Below, in pieces: positions 1 through 9,229 of a stretch of DNA of 64,000 bases. Source of the DNA: Candidatus Woesearchaeota archaeon (GTDB taxonomy: Archaea; Nanobdellota; Nanobdellia; Woesearchaeales; UBA10216); contig JACPMZ010000007.1 in NCBI GenBank assembly GCA_016185705.1, forward strand, positions 107,157 through 171,156, written 5' to 3'. Made by a program: the position numbers and the translations under genes. The notes under the pieces are model-generated. The model was not told the DNA's origin, ran no database searches, and saw only the letters and a program-made list of their open reading frames with translations. Every line of letters begins with the position of its first letter. Position 1 is the stretch's first letter.

Positions 1-1
1 C

Positions 2-595
2 AACGGCCAGGGAATGGTCAGGCAGGTGCAGCGCATCGCATTCGGCACGTTTGCGACAACCACCACGTGCGGAAAATGCGGGGGAACAGGGCAGTTCATA
101 AAAAAGCGGTGCAGCGCATGCGGAGGAGAAGGCAGGACAGAAAAAAGCAGAACAATAGAAATCAAAATACCTGCGGGCATTGATACAGGAAACAGCCTCC
201 GGATTGCAGGGGAAGGAGAGGCGGGCGAGCGCGGAGCAGCAGCCGGAGACCTTTTTCTGACTGTCCGCGTAAAGCCGCACAAAATCTTTGAAAGGGAAGG
301 CGCAGACCTGCACATACAGCAGCCGCTGCCATTTGCAGCAGCAGCACTCGGAGGGGAAATAGAAGTGCCAACACTTGACGGAACTGCCACGCTGAAAATA
401 CCTTCCGGAACCCAGTCAGACACTGTTTTCCGGATGAAAGAAAAAGGGCTGCCATCGCTGGACAGCGGAGCCAGAGGCAGCCAATACGTCAAAGTGGTAA
501 TCAGCGTGCCTAAACAGCTCAGCAGCAGGCAAAAATCAGCGCTGAAGGAATTTGCCCGGGAAGAAAGGAAAGGCATACTGAAAAGAATATTCTAA
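2..595 (+). CDS. dnaJ: Chaperone DnaJ, C-terminal portion (5' end outside window)
   Basis: CxxCxGxG zinc-finger repeats (CGKCGGTG, CSACGGEG) followed by DnaJ C-terminal peptide-binding domain; frame is open to the window edge. Confidence 0.8.
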   Translation, partial: NGQGMVRQVQRIAFGTFATTTTCGKCGGTGQFIKKRCSACGGEGRTEKSRTIEIKIPAGIDTGNSLRIAGEGEAGERGAAAGDLFLTVRVKPHKIFEREGADLHIQQPLPFAAAALGGEIEVPTLDGTATLKIPSGTQSDTVFRMKEKGLPSLDSGARGSQYVKVVISVPKQLSSRQKSALKEFAREERKGILKRIF

Positions 596-627
596 ATAAA
601 TATAAACAGGCAGCGCTCTCTCACAGC

Positions 628-1437
628 ATGCATGCTGCCATAAACCAGTTCAACCTCAAAGCAACGCTTGAATCAGGCCAGATATTCAGGTGGGAAAAAA
701 TCGGCAGCTGGCACTACATTGTTGCCGGGGACGCAATTGTTAAAATCAGGCAGGACAAAAACAAAATAATCTACAGCAGCAGCAAAGAATTTGACGTTCC
801 TGCTTTCTTTGACCTCAAAAACAAACATTATGGCAAAATAATGAAAGATATCGGCAAAAACAAAAAGCTGGCAGCAGCTGTAGCAAAATACCGCGGCCTG
901 CGCATAATAAAGCAGCAGCCGTGGGAGTGCACAGCATCATTCATCTGCTCATCGTTCTCAAACATCAGGCGCATCAAAGCAAACCTTAATTCCGTAGCAG
1001 AGCAGTATGGGCAGAAAATTGAGTATGACGGGTACAGCAGCCATGCGTTCCCAACTGCCGCAGCCATAGCAGACAATCCCGCCCGATTAGACAGCTGCGG
1101 ACTGGGCTACAGAAAAAAATACCTTGCGGAAACAGCAAAAAAAGTCAGCAGCGGATTTGACTTCAATGCTTTGCCCCGCAGCTATGGCGAAGCAAAAAAA
1201 CAGATAATGCAGCTGGACGGCGTAGGCGAAAAGGTAGCCGACTGCATACTGCTGTTCTCTCTTGGCTTTACAGAGCCGTTTCCAGTGGATGTCTGGATAC
1301 AAAGGGCAGTGGCCAATGCATACTTCAAAAGCAGCAAAATCAGCGCAAAAGCAGCAGCAGAATTCGGGCGCAGAACCTTCGGCAAAAACGCAGGGTATGC
1401 GCAGCAGTTCCTTTACCACTTTGAGAGAAACAAATAG
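628..1437 (+). CDS. ogg: 8-oxoguanine DNA glycosylase / N-glycosylase-DNA lyase (HhH-GPD superfamily)
   Basis: HhH-GPD signature LDGVGEKVADCILLF with catalytic Lys, and Asp in FPVDVW; N-terminal ESGQIFRW motif. Confidence 0.7.
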   Translation: MHAAINQFNLKATLESGQIFRWEKIGSWHYIVAGDAIVKIRQDKNKIIYSSSKEFDVPAFFDLKNKHYGKIMKDIGKNKKLAAAVAKYRGLRIIKQQPWECTASFICSSFSNIRRIKANLNSVAEQYGQKIEYDGYSSHAFPTAAAIADNPARLDSCGLGYRKKYLAETAKKVSSGFDFNALPRSYGEAKKQIMQLDGVGEKVADCILLFSLGFTEPFPVDVWIQRAVANAYFKSSKISAKAAAEFGRRTFGKNAGYAQQFLYHFERNK

Positions 1438-1591
1438 CGCTGCCTTAGTGGAAAGGCATGTAGTCCAAAGCTACACCAAACCTGCAATGCACATTCCCCC
1501 CTTACTCCGAAAAAAGCGGCAGATGCTGCATAGCTCTGGGACAAAAAGACGGGGGATAAAGAAATACTATAAAAAAGTAATGCAAAAAAAT

Positions 1592-2512
1592 TTACTGGTA
1601 AAGCGGTTTCAAAGTTTCACGCACATCTCTTTCAAAACCAGCTCTCGTTGCCTCAGCAACATGCCTCTGACCAGCACCCAGAACAACATTAACAACCTGC
1701 TCAAGCGTAGGCCTAACCAACTGCCCTCCATCAGCGCGCTGCGCCTCCGGCGCTACCCCGACGAAACGCCCATCATCATAGATGACCCTGCCGAAGAGGC
1801 CATCAAAATTGCTGCCGAGGTACACCAGGCGCCCCTTAGCTTGAGCGTCAAAGCCAGCTTCATTGATTCTGTGATAGCTTCCAATATTGCTCCAACCTTC
1901 TCCGCCATCTTCTTTTCTACCAAAGAGCATTTTAGCCAATGCTTCCCTGTTATCAGGAGAACCTACAATCATAAGCACTCGGTCATCCCTCATGAAAGCA
2001 TCATACATTAATTGACCACTGCCATTGATGTTGGCTTTGTCTTTGTCCAATCGTGTAAAAGCAGTATAAGGAGTTCCTGCTGCAGGCACACGGCCTTTCT
2101 TAACGTCATCAAGATGGATTCTTGCAACATCCTGACCGTTGTAATTGCCTTTTCCGACAGCAACCCATTCGTCGTCATCAATCTGCATAAATGTATATTG
2201 TCCAGCTTTGGAAAATACTTTTTCCAGTCCTTCTGGAGTTGCAAAAGACCCTGCTGAATGCCATGTTTCATAAGAACGGTCGCCATCACGCTGACCATGA
2301 TATTCGCCAGTTATTGTGTCTACCCAATCAGGTCTGATTGCCTCACGAACCTCAGGATGATTAGCCATAGCTTGTATTGCCATCGGCATGTCAGCTACTT
2401 TTAAGCCATATTCTGTAGCCAATTTATCGGCCTCTTTTCGAGCATTGACATAGCCAGTCTGATCTGTAACTGCTGCGAGTACAGGGGATTTTATTTGCAC
2501 AATTTGTGACAT
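1592..2512 (-). CDS. Hypothetical protein (306 aa)
   Basis: Long ORF with a GGAGG RBS 7 nt upstream of the ATG; no recognisable motifs. Confidence 0.5.
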   Translation of the reverse strand: MSQIVQIKSPVLAAVTDQTGYVNARKEADKLATEYGLKVADMPMAIQAMANHPEVREAIRPDWVDTITGEYHGQRDGDRSYETWHSAGSFATPEGLEKVFSKAGQYTFMQIDDDEWVAVGKGNYNGQDVARIHLDDVKKGRVPAAGTPYTAFTRLDKDKANINGSGQLMYDAFMRDDRVLMIVGSPDNREALAKMLFGRKEDGGEGWSNIGSYHRINEAGFDAQAKGRLVYLGSNFDGLFGRVIYDDGRFVGVAPEAQRADGGQLVRPTLEQVVNVVLGAGQRHVAEATRAGFERDVRETLKPLYQ

Positions 2513-2634
2513 TTTAAGCGACCTCCATTGTAAAATGTATAACTTTTAATAGGTAAAACTGAGGCGGTATTTAAAAATTTCTGTTTTGAAATCACTGCGA
2601 AGTAGGGTTGTCTGTTTTAATAGGGGAGAAAACC

Positions 2635-2796
2635 TTAATCCTCTTTTAAAGGAAATTTTTCAACAATAACAAATTCTTTGCCATCAGCACGAACAGCAGT
2701 CACCTGCACCCTGGAACCGCTCTTCAACCCTATAGCCTTCGCTTCCCTCGTCACCAGCACGCCAATACCATTCCCGTAAGTGTTCAGCTGCTTCAC
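2635..2796 (-). CDS. Small AbrB/SpoVT-like swapped-hairpin protein (53 aa, putative GTG start)
   Basis: Translation VKQLNTYGNGIGVLVTREAKAIGLKSGSRVQVTAVRADGKEFVIVEKFPLKED resembles AbrB/MazE fold; below the ORF-track size cut-off. Confidence 0.3.
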   Translation of the reverse strand: MKQLNTYGNGIGVLVTREAKAIGLKSGSRVQVTAVRADGKEFVIVEKFPLKED

Positions 2797-2961
2797 CTCG
2801 TTTTTGCATTAACCCTTTTTAGGGCTTTAGCGGAAGCCCGTTCAGGGCGGAGCTAAAGCCAACTCAGTCCCTTGAAGAGGAACGGAGGCTTTAAAGAATT
2901 CTCATCGCTTCAAAGCCCAGAAATCAAAACAAATAAATATGAGTGCCTATTATGAGTACAC

Positions 2962-3177
2962 ATGGCAAGCATGAACATAGCAATCAAGAAGGAAGCGTAC
3001 GACTTTCTGAAAACACTGAAAAGCAGGGACCAGAGCTTCTCGGATATTATTCTGAGCTTTAAGAAGGACAGCAGCTCCCTGCTGAAATATTTTGGCGTGT
3101 TGAAAAACAGCGATTGGAAGACCAAGGAAAAGCGTATGGCTTCGTTACGGGACTCCTTTGAAGCGAGGCTTAGATGA
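2962..3177 (+). CDS. vapB: VapB-like antitoxin (archaeal DUF217-type)
   Basis: 71 aa, IAIKKEAYDFLKTLK...SFSDIIL motif; stop overlaps start of the downstream PIN gene (ATGA). Confidence 0.6.
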   Translation: MASMNIAIKKEAYDFLKTLKSRDQSFSDIILSFKKDSSSLLKYFGVLKNSDWKTKEKRMASLRDSFEARLR

Positions 3178-3566
3178 TAGCCCTTGATACAACCGCCATA
3201 ATTGATTTATTCAGGGGCGATGAGGCTGTTCGTAAGTTCTTTGAGAACAATACAGAACCCATAGCAGCCACTATAATGAACTATGCGGAACTGTTTTTTG
3301 GCCTTGACCCTGATGATTCCAGCCACAGCAAAGAAAGCGAGTACTATAAGGGGCTATTTGATGGCATATACCATTTTAATCTGTCTGAGAGTGCATGCGA
3401 AAAAGCTTCCTCATTATATTGGGAGCTGCAAAAGAATGGCACGCCTATCGGCCAGTTTGACTGCATAATAGCAGGCATACTTGTTGTCAATGGAGTCAAA
3501 AAAATTTTAACCAGAAATGTCAAACACTATTCCAAAATAAAGGAACTGAAAGCGGTGCCATATTAG
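3174..3566 (+). CDS. vapC: PIN-domain ribonuclease VapC toxin
   Basis: N-terminal IALDTTAIIDL with conserved acidic residues; 130 aa; coupled to upstream antitoxin. Confidence 0.75.
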   Translation: MIALDTTAIIDLFRGDEAVRKFFENNTEPIAATIMNYAELFFGLDPDDSSHSKESEYYKGLFDGIYHFNLSESACEKASSLYWELQKNGTPIGQFDCIIAGILVVNGVKKILTRNVKHYSKIKELKAVPY

Positions 3567-3631
3567 CTCCTGAAATCGAAAGCTTTAAATAAAAGCGCAT
3601 ATTTACACAGAGCAAGGTTTCTGGAGCTTTT

Positions 3632-4279
3632 ATGATGGACAATGCACAGTTGCAAATCAAGAAGGGCACAACCACTGTCGGAATTGTTTGCAAAGACGGC
3701 ATAGTGGTAGCTGCCGAGAAGCGCGCCACGATAGGCGGATTTATAGCTGACAAGCGTGCAGAGAAAATAGTGCTCATAACAGACAAGATGGTGCTGACAA
3801 CAGCAGGCACAGTAAGCGATGCGCAGCTGCTTGTAAAGCTCATTAGAGCTGAGCTCAAGCTGAAGCAGGTGCGCACCGGCCGGGAGGCAACAGTGAAAGA
3901 GGCAGCCAACCTGCTGGGCGGAATGATTTACGGCAACATCCGCAAGTTTTCAGTCATACCCGGCATAACGCAGTTTTTGCTTGCAGGCACAGACAATGAA
4001 GGAGAATTTTTGTATGACCTGTTCGTTGACGGCTCAGTGATGAAGATCAGCGATTATGTTTCTTCGGGCTCAGGCAGCATAGTAGTGTATGGAATCATGG
4101 AAGCAATGTACAAAAAAGAGATAGTAGTAAAGGAAGCAACTGACCTTGCGGTGAAAGCAATAAATGCCGCTATCCAGAGGGACAGCGCCTCAGGCAACGG
4201 CATTGTAGTTTTCGCAATAAGGAAGGATGGCATCAAGAAAATACTTGACAAAAACTTTGAATATGCCATCAAAGCGTGA
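3632..4279 (+). CDS. psmB: Proteasome subunit beta
   Basis: Propeptide followed by GTTTVGI with N-terminal Thr nucleophile; Ntn-hydrolase length about 215 aa. Confidence 0.9.
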   Translation: MMDNAQLQIKKGTTTVGIVCKDGIVVAAEKRATIGGFIADKRAEKIVLITDKMVLTTAGTVSDAQLLVKLIRAELKLKQVRTGREATVKEAANLLGGMIYGNIRKFSVIPGITQFLLAGTDNEGEFLYDLFVDGSVMKISDYVSSGSGSIVVYGIMEAMYKKEIVVKEATDLAVKAINAAIQRDSASGNGIVVFAIRKDGIKKILDKNFEYAIKA

Positions 4280-4307
4280 AGGGTTTCTCTGACACGGGAG
4301 AATTCTA

Positions 4308-6200
4308 ATGGCTGACATAATAAAAGAAATCATGAAAAATCTGCCCGAAGACAAGATAAGCGTGGCAGCATTTGAAGGAGCAAACATAGTGCTCTACACC
4401 AAAGACACCTCTTTTTTCCTGAACAACGAAGGCATGATTAAACAGGCAGTTGATGAAGTAAAGAAGCGCATAGAGCTCAGATGCGATCCAAGCATAACAC
4501 TGGAACAGGAAAAAGCAGAAAAAATCATCCGCAAGCTCATACCTGAGGAAGCAAAGGTGTCCAACATACTGTTTGACGAGCAGCGCTCACAAGTAATTAT
4601 TGAAGCTGAAAAGCCCGGGCTGGCAATAGGCAAACAAGGCAGCATACTGCACGACATCAGGAAAGAAACATTCTGGGTGCCCACTGTCAGGCGGACACCC
4701 GCGCTGCGCTCAAAAATCATAGAAAACATCCGGGCAGTGCTCTACCAGTACTCTGACTACCGGCGCAAATTCCTGGACAAAATAGGCCACAGAATCTACG
4801 ACGGCTGGATTCGCGGCAAAAAGAACGAGTGGATAAGGTGCACATACCTTGGAAGCGGCAGGCAGGTAGGAAGAAGCTGTATACTGCTGCAAACGCCGGA
4901 ATCCCGCGTAATGCTGGACTGCGGAGTGGATGTAGCATCCGCGCAGGAGCCTTACCCTTTCCTTGAATCGCCGGACTTCGACATCAATGAGCTTGACGCA
5001 GTCATAATCAGCCACGCCCACCTTGACCACGTCGGATTCCTGCCTTACCTTTTCAAATTCGGCTACCGCGGACCAGTATACATGACCGAGCCAACAAGAG
5101 ACATAGCTGCACTGCTCCTCCTGGACTTCGTAAAGATAATGAACTCAGAAAACAAATCGCCAATATTTGATGTGGAGGACATAAAGGAAATGGTCAAGCA
5201 CACAGTAACGCTTGCATACGAAGAAGTGAGCGATGTAACACCAGACGTGCGCATCACACTCTACAACGCAGGCCACGTGCTGGGAAGCGCGATGGTGCAC
5301 CTGCATGTAGGCAACGGACTCCACAACCTGCTGTACACAGGAGACATGAAATTCGGCAGGACAACCATGCTGGAGCCAGCTGCTACGCAATTCCCCCGCC
5401 TGGAAACGCTCATGATAGAAGCAACGTACGGCGGCAAGGAAAACATAGGCACCCCCCGGGAAGAAACAGACGAAGCGCTGGCAGAGCTGATAATTGATGT
5501 AGCGAAGAACAATGGGAAAATACTGCTGCCAGTACTCGGAAGCGGAAGGGCGCAGGAAATAATGGTTACAGTCCACAACCTGGTAAAAGCAGGGCGCTTA
5601 GAGCCGCTTCCTGTTTACATAGACGGCATGGTGTGGGACATAACGGCCATCCACACAGCATACCCTGAATACCTGAATTCAACTCTCAGGAGGCAAATTT
5701 TCCACAAAGACGAAAACCCCTTCCTGTGGGAGATGTTCAAAGAAGTCGGAGGCCCCAAGGAACGGAAGCAGGTGATAGAATCAACAGGGCCATGCATAAT
5801 AATCGCAACATCCGGAATGCTTGTGGGCGGGCCTTCTGTTGAGTATCTGCGGGCACTGGGCGAGGATTCCAAGAATGCAATGGCGCTGACATGCTACCAG
5901 GGCGAAGGCTCGCTGGGAAGGCGCATTCAGCGCGGAGAACGCGAAATAAGCTTCAGCAACGGGCCAAAGCAGGAAATGCTCTATCTGAAATGCGCAATAC
6001 AGACAATCGAAGGCTTCAGCGCCCACTCAAACAGAAAACAGCTCCTTAATTTTATCTACAAATGCAGTCCCAGGCCGAAGAAAGTCATAGTAAACCACGG
6101 CGAAAGCTCAAAATGCCTGGACCTGGCGAGCGCAATACACAAACTCAACCGAATAGAGACTTCTGCACCAAGAAACCTGGAAGCGGTGAGGATAAAATAA
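4308..6200 (+). CDS. Archaeal CPSF1-type beta-CASP ribonuclease (KH domains + metallo-beta-lactamase + beta-CASP)
   Basis: HAHLDHVGFLP (HxHxDH) motif, N-terminal KH-like domains; 630 aa typical of aCPSF1/FttA. Confidence 0.9.
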   Translation: MADIIKEIMKNLPEDKISVAAFEGANIVLYTKDTSFFLNNEGMIKQAVDEVKKRIELRCDPSITLEQEKAEKIIRKLIPEEAKVSNILFDEQRSQVIIEAEKPGLAIGKQGSILHDIRKETFWVPTVRRTPALRSKIIENIRAVLYQYSDYRRKFLDKIGHRIYDGWIRGKKNEWIRCTYLGSGRQVGRSCILLQTPESRVMLDCGVDVASAQEPYPFLESPDFDINELDAVIISHAHLDHVGFLPYLFKFGYRGPVYMTEPTRDIAALLLLDFVKIMNSENKSPIFDVEDIKEMVKHTVTLAYEEVSDVTPDVRITLYNAGHVLGSAMVHLHVGNGLHNLLYTGDMKFGRTTMLEPAATQFPRLETLMIEATYGGKENIGTPREETDEALAELIIDVAKNNGKILLPVLGSGRAQEIMVTVHNLVKAGRLEPLPVYIDGMVWDITAIHTAYPEYLNSTLRRQIFHKDENPFLWEMFKEVGGPKERKQVIESTGPCIIIATSGMLVGGPSVEYLRALGEDSKNAMALTCYQGEGSLGRRIQRGEREISFSNGPKQEMLYLKCAIQTIEGFSAHSNRKQLLNFIYKCSPRPKKVIVNHGESSKCLDLASAIHKLNRIETSAPRNLEAVRIK

Positions 6201-6233
6201 TAATTTTTTCTGTTCTAATAATTATCGGCCTTA

Positions 6234-6363
6234 TTGACAAGTTCACGCAGCCTCGCTCTGCTGCTGGCTTCCCTCCCTGCTTTTTCCCCCCCTTGAATAT
6301 TCAGGGGAGGGAAAAAGCAGGAAGAACGGCGGGATAAACGCAGCGGTAAAATGAACTTTTCAA
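6234..6363. mobile_element. MITE-like element family A, copy 1 (TIR TTGACAAGTTCAC ... ATGAACTTTTCAA; internal palindrome)
   Basis: Near-identical copy at 46328-46457 that has perfect 13-bp terminal inverted repeats; intergenic. Confidence 0.6.
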
Positions 6364-6382
6364 TAGCACCTAATTATCGGGT

Positions 6383-6522
6383 AATTTCAAGTTAAGTGGC
6401 AAAACCGTCGCATCCTTCCCTGATTTTTTTCTCCCCCCCTTAAAAAATAAGGGGGGAGAAAAAAATCAGCCAAGCAGGCATCGGCAAGCTCAGGATTGCA
6501 GGACACACAACTTGATATTACC
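6383..6522. mobile_element. Repeat element family B, copy 1 (contains palindrome CTGATTTTTTTCTCCCCCCC-TTAAAAAATAA-GGGGGGAGAAAAAAATCAG)
   Basis: Copies at 11585-11688 (same orientation) and 41752-41893 (reverse orientation). Confidence 0.6.
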
Positions 6523-6565
6523 TAATTATCGCAACTTTTATAACCTAAGCATTCAATTTTAGGGC

Positions 6566-7447
6566 ATGCAGCAGCTTATACATTTAGTCGTCCTTGCAGC
6601 TTTAGCGGTGGGCAGCTACACTGACTTCAAAACGAGGGAAGTTCCTGACTGGCTTAATTACGGCTTAATTGTTTTCGGAGTGGGCGTTAACCTGCTGCTG
6701 TCAATAGTTTTCTGGACATGGAGCTACATTGCCTACAGCATTATAGGACTGGCGCTGTTCATTGGCATAGCATGTGCCCTGTATTATTCCGGGCAGTGGG
6801 GCGGAGGGGACAGCAAAATGCTCATCGGCCTTGGAGCAGTGTTCGGGCTGCCAATATCTTTTGCGTGGCCTTATGTCAGCATGAATGCCTTTCTGATAGC
6901 GTTCTGGTTTAACCTGCTTATGGCAGGGGTTGTTTACGCAATGCTGTGGAGCATATACCTTCTTATAAAAAATTACAGGAAATTCCTGAAGGAAGCAGGA
7001 AAAGAAATGGTAAGGAAGAGAAAAATGAGGCGGCTGTCGCTGGCAGCGGCGATAGCAGCGCTGATTGCAGCAATAGCGATAAGCGACTTCCAGCTGAAAC
7101 TTCTGCTGACAGCAGCAGGGCTGCTCACAATCCTTACAATTTATTACACAATCTACTCCAAAGCAATTGAAAAAGCAGGAATGCACAAGCTCGTAACCCC
7201 AGCAGAGCTTACAGAAGGCGACTGGGTGGTGGAAGACGTAAAAGCCGGCAACAAATTAATTGCCAGCCCCAAAGACCTGGGAGTTACGAAAAAGCAGATA
7301 AAAATCCTGAAGCAGCTTTACGCGAAGCGAAAGATAAGAAAAGTCCTAATCAAAGTCGGCCTGCCGTTCGTGCCAAGCTTTTTTGCAGCGATGCTGCTGA
7401 CCATTCAATACGGGAATCTGTTCATGGCGCTGGCCGGGCTGCTGTAG
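6566..7447 (+). CDS. Type IV prepilin/preflagellin peptidase, A24 family, with C-terminal extension
   Basis: Polytopic membrane protein with the two catalytic Asp motifs SYTDFKTREVPD and GGGDSKML. Confidence 0.75.
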   Translation: MQQLIHLVVLAALAVGSYTDFKTREVPDWLNYGLIVFGVGVNLLLSIVFWTWSYIAYSIIGLALFIGIACALYYSGQWGGGDSKMLIGLGAVFGLPISFAWPYVSMNAFLIAFWFNLLMAGVVYAMLWSIYLLIKNYRKFLKEAGKEMVRKRKMRRLSLAAAIAALIAAIAISDFQLKLLLTAAGLLTILTIYYTIYSKAIEKAGMHKLVTPAELTEGDWVVEDVKAGNKLIASPKDLGVTKKQIKILKQLYAKRKIRKVLIKVGLPFVPSFFAAMLLTIQYGNLFMALAGLL

Positions 7448-7566
7448 CTGCAGCAATCTATGCAATGCTCTGGAGCATATATCTGATAATAAAAAATTAC
7501 AGAAAATTCCTGAAGGAAGCAGGCAAAGTTAATGAAGGAGGAAGCCCGCAGAAAAATACCTGCGCC

Positions 7567-8085
7567 CTAAGGCAACCTGTCCAGCTGCCTCATCATGTAA
7601 TCGCCTTCGCTGGAATCCAGTGTTTTGTCTTCGTCGTTAATGGTGAGCGGCTTTTTCTCATTCTTCTGAAACCCGCCGATGTTCCTGGTTTGTTCCTTCA
7701 GCTGCAGCTCAATTGTTGACAAGTCGTCTTCTGACAAGCGCTTGGGAGCCCAGTTGAAGCCCATGCCGTCGTTTTCTGAGCGGGGAATAATGTTTATGGC
7801 AAAATGGGCAATTTTTTGGCCTGCTGCCAGGCCGTTTTCAATTATTATGTTTGTGCCGTGCACCCTTAATGTTTCGAAAATAGACGTGGAAACTGCGTTT
7901 GCCACGCTGAAAAGATGCCCGGCAAGAAAATCAGGAACCTGCTCCAGAATGGTCAGGTGGTCCTTGGGCAGCACCAGAACATGCCCGAGGCTGGCCGGCT
8001 CAGGGCTCAGAGCAACCACTACCCTGTCGTCCTCGTAAATGTGAGTGCCGCTTTCAGCAATTTCGCAATAATCACACTTTGCCAT
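7567..8085 (-). CDS. HIT-superfamily protein, degenerate histidine triad (AHFAINIIPR)
   Basis: N-terminal CDYCEI and GHVLVLPKDH motifs typical of HIT proteins; triad reduced to a single His. Confidence 0.65.
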   Translation of the reverse strand: MAKCDYCEIAESGTHIYEDDRVVVALSPEPASLGHVLVLPKDHLTILEQVPDFLAGHLFSVANAVSTSIFETLRVHGTNIIIENGLAAGQKIAHFAINIIPRSENDGMGFNWAPKRLSEDDLSTIELQLKEQTRNIGGFQKNEKKPLTINDEDKTLDSSEGDYMMRQLDRLP

Positions 8086-8770
8086 CTGCCAGCACCCCTG
8101 TCAGCGAATCCAAATCAAACGGTCCAGGATTTTCAGCATCGCTGCTGCCTTTTTTCTTTTTCTTCGCAGTTTTTTTCAGTTTATTGGCAGCGGTTTTGGC
8201 AGGTTTGTCAGAAGCTTTCGGCTTCCCGGTTTTTGGTTTCCCGTCTTTTTGTTCCTTGGCTGGATTATCCCCAACCACCTCTGCCTCTGCTGCCAATTTT
8301 TTGGCAACAACTTTTTTCAGAACACCGGCGACAGCATCCATGTCCTTTTTGTCAAAAGGCCGCGAAGGAACAGCCATCCTGATGTTGTCGCTGTCATTCC
8401 TCGGAATTATGTGTATCATGAAATGAGGCGCACGCTGGCCAGCTGCAACTCCGTTTGCGATGAAAATAGTGGTGCCTTTGCACTGCAGCCCCTTAAGCGC
8501 AGCCTGCGAAAGCCCCTTAGTAACCATGAAAAGATGCTCAGCAAGCTCCTCAGGCAGCTGCGGCATCACAGAAAAATGCTCCTTCGGCATCAGCAGAATG
8601 TGCCCCTTAGCAGCAGGGTTGATGTCAAGCACAGCTATTGACTCTTCGTCAGAATAAACCTCCTTCGCAGGAACCCTGCCTGAAGAAATCTGGCAGAAAA
8701 CGCAGTTCTGCTTCTGAAAATCAGCGAGCTCCTCAGGACTCATCTGGGAAAGCTCCTCCTCGGTTACCAT
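8072..8770 (-). CDS. HIT-superfamily protein with Lys-rich C-terminal tail, triad PHFMIHIIPR (middle His absent)
   Basis: CVFCQI, GHILLMPKEH motifs; paralog of the downstream gene; 14-nt overlap. Confidence 0.65.
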   Translation of the reverse strand: MVTEEELSQMSPEELADFQKQNCVFCQISSGRVPAKEVYSDEESIAVLDINPAAKGHILLMPKEHFSVMPQLPEELAEHLFMVTKGLSQAALKGLQCKGTTIFIANGVAAGQRAPHFMIHIIPRNDSDNIRMAVPSRPFDKKDMDAVAGVLKKVVAKKLAAEAEVVGDNPAKEQKDGKPKTGKPKASDKPAKTAANKLKKTAKKKKKGSSDAENPGPFDLDSLTGVLADGKV

Positions 8771-9229
8771 AGTGTTATCACTTCTTGCTTATTCTATATA
8801 AATTTTTGGAGTATGTCTGCAAGCACTGTATTGGGCTATGATGTTCCAGGAATCCAAATTCCTTTGAATATGAAAGTTGAGAAGTAGGATAAATTGCCAG
8901 CAGCTTTACGTGAAATGCAAGCATCATCAAAAATATTTCAAGCACACTTTGAATTTAAGCGAGGGGATGTGAGTGGTTGGAGGAAATCGCCAATAAAAAT
9001 TTCCCTTGAAGAACTCTTTAACAAGCACACCATCCAGCCACCAGATACAACTCAATAGCTTCCTTTATGTTCCTTAATGATTCTTCCTTGATATGTCCTT
9101 ATCCTGTCCCGAAGAATACACAATATCTTGTAAGGTCGCTTAGTGGGGAAAAACGAATGTTAGCAGCATAAGTTTGGACTCGGCAAAAGCGAAATGTTTA
9201 TATATGACAATGCATTACAATGCGTTACA

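Noticed and set aside
1262-2011. 249-aa plus-strand ORF overlapping ogg 3' end and the minus-strand 306-aa gene
   Set aside because: It is antisense/out-of-frame to two better-supported genes and has a low-complexity basic translation.
6062-6337. Track ORFs 6062-6337 (+) and 46306-46503 (-) reading through MITE-like element A
   Set aside because: They lie entirely within repeated non-coding palindromic elements. The low-complexity translation is produced by the repeat and is not coding.
7465-7719. 84-aa ORF beginning MLWSIYLIIKNYRKFLKEAGK
   Set aside because: The N-terminus comes from a duplicated fragment of the upstream peptidase gene. The remainder overlaps the HIT-like gene antisense, so it is a remnant and not a gene.
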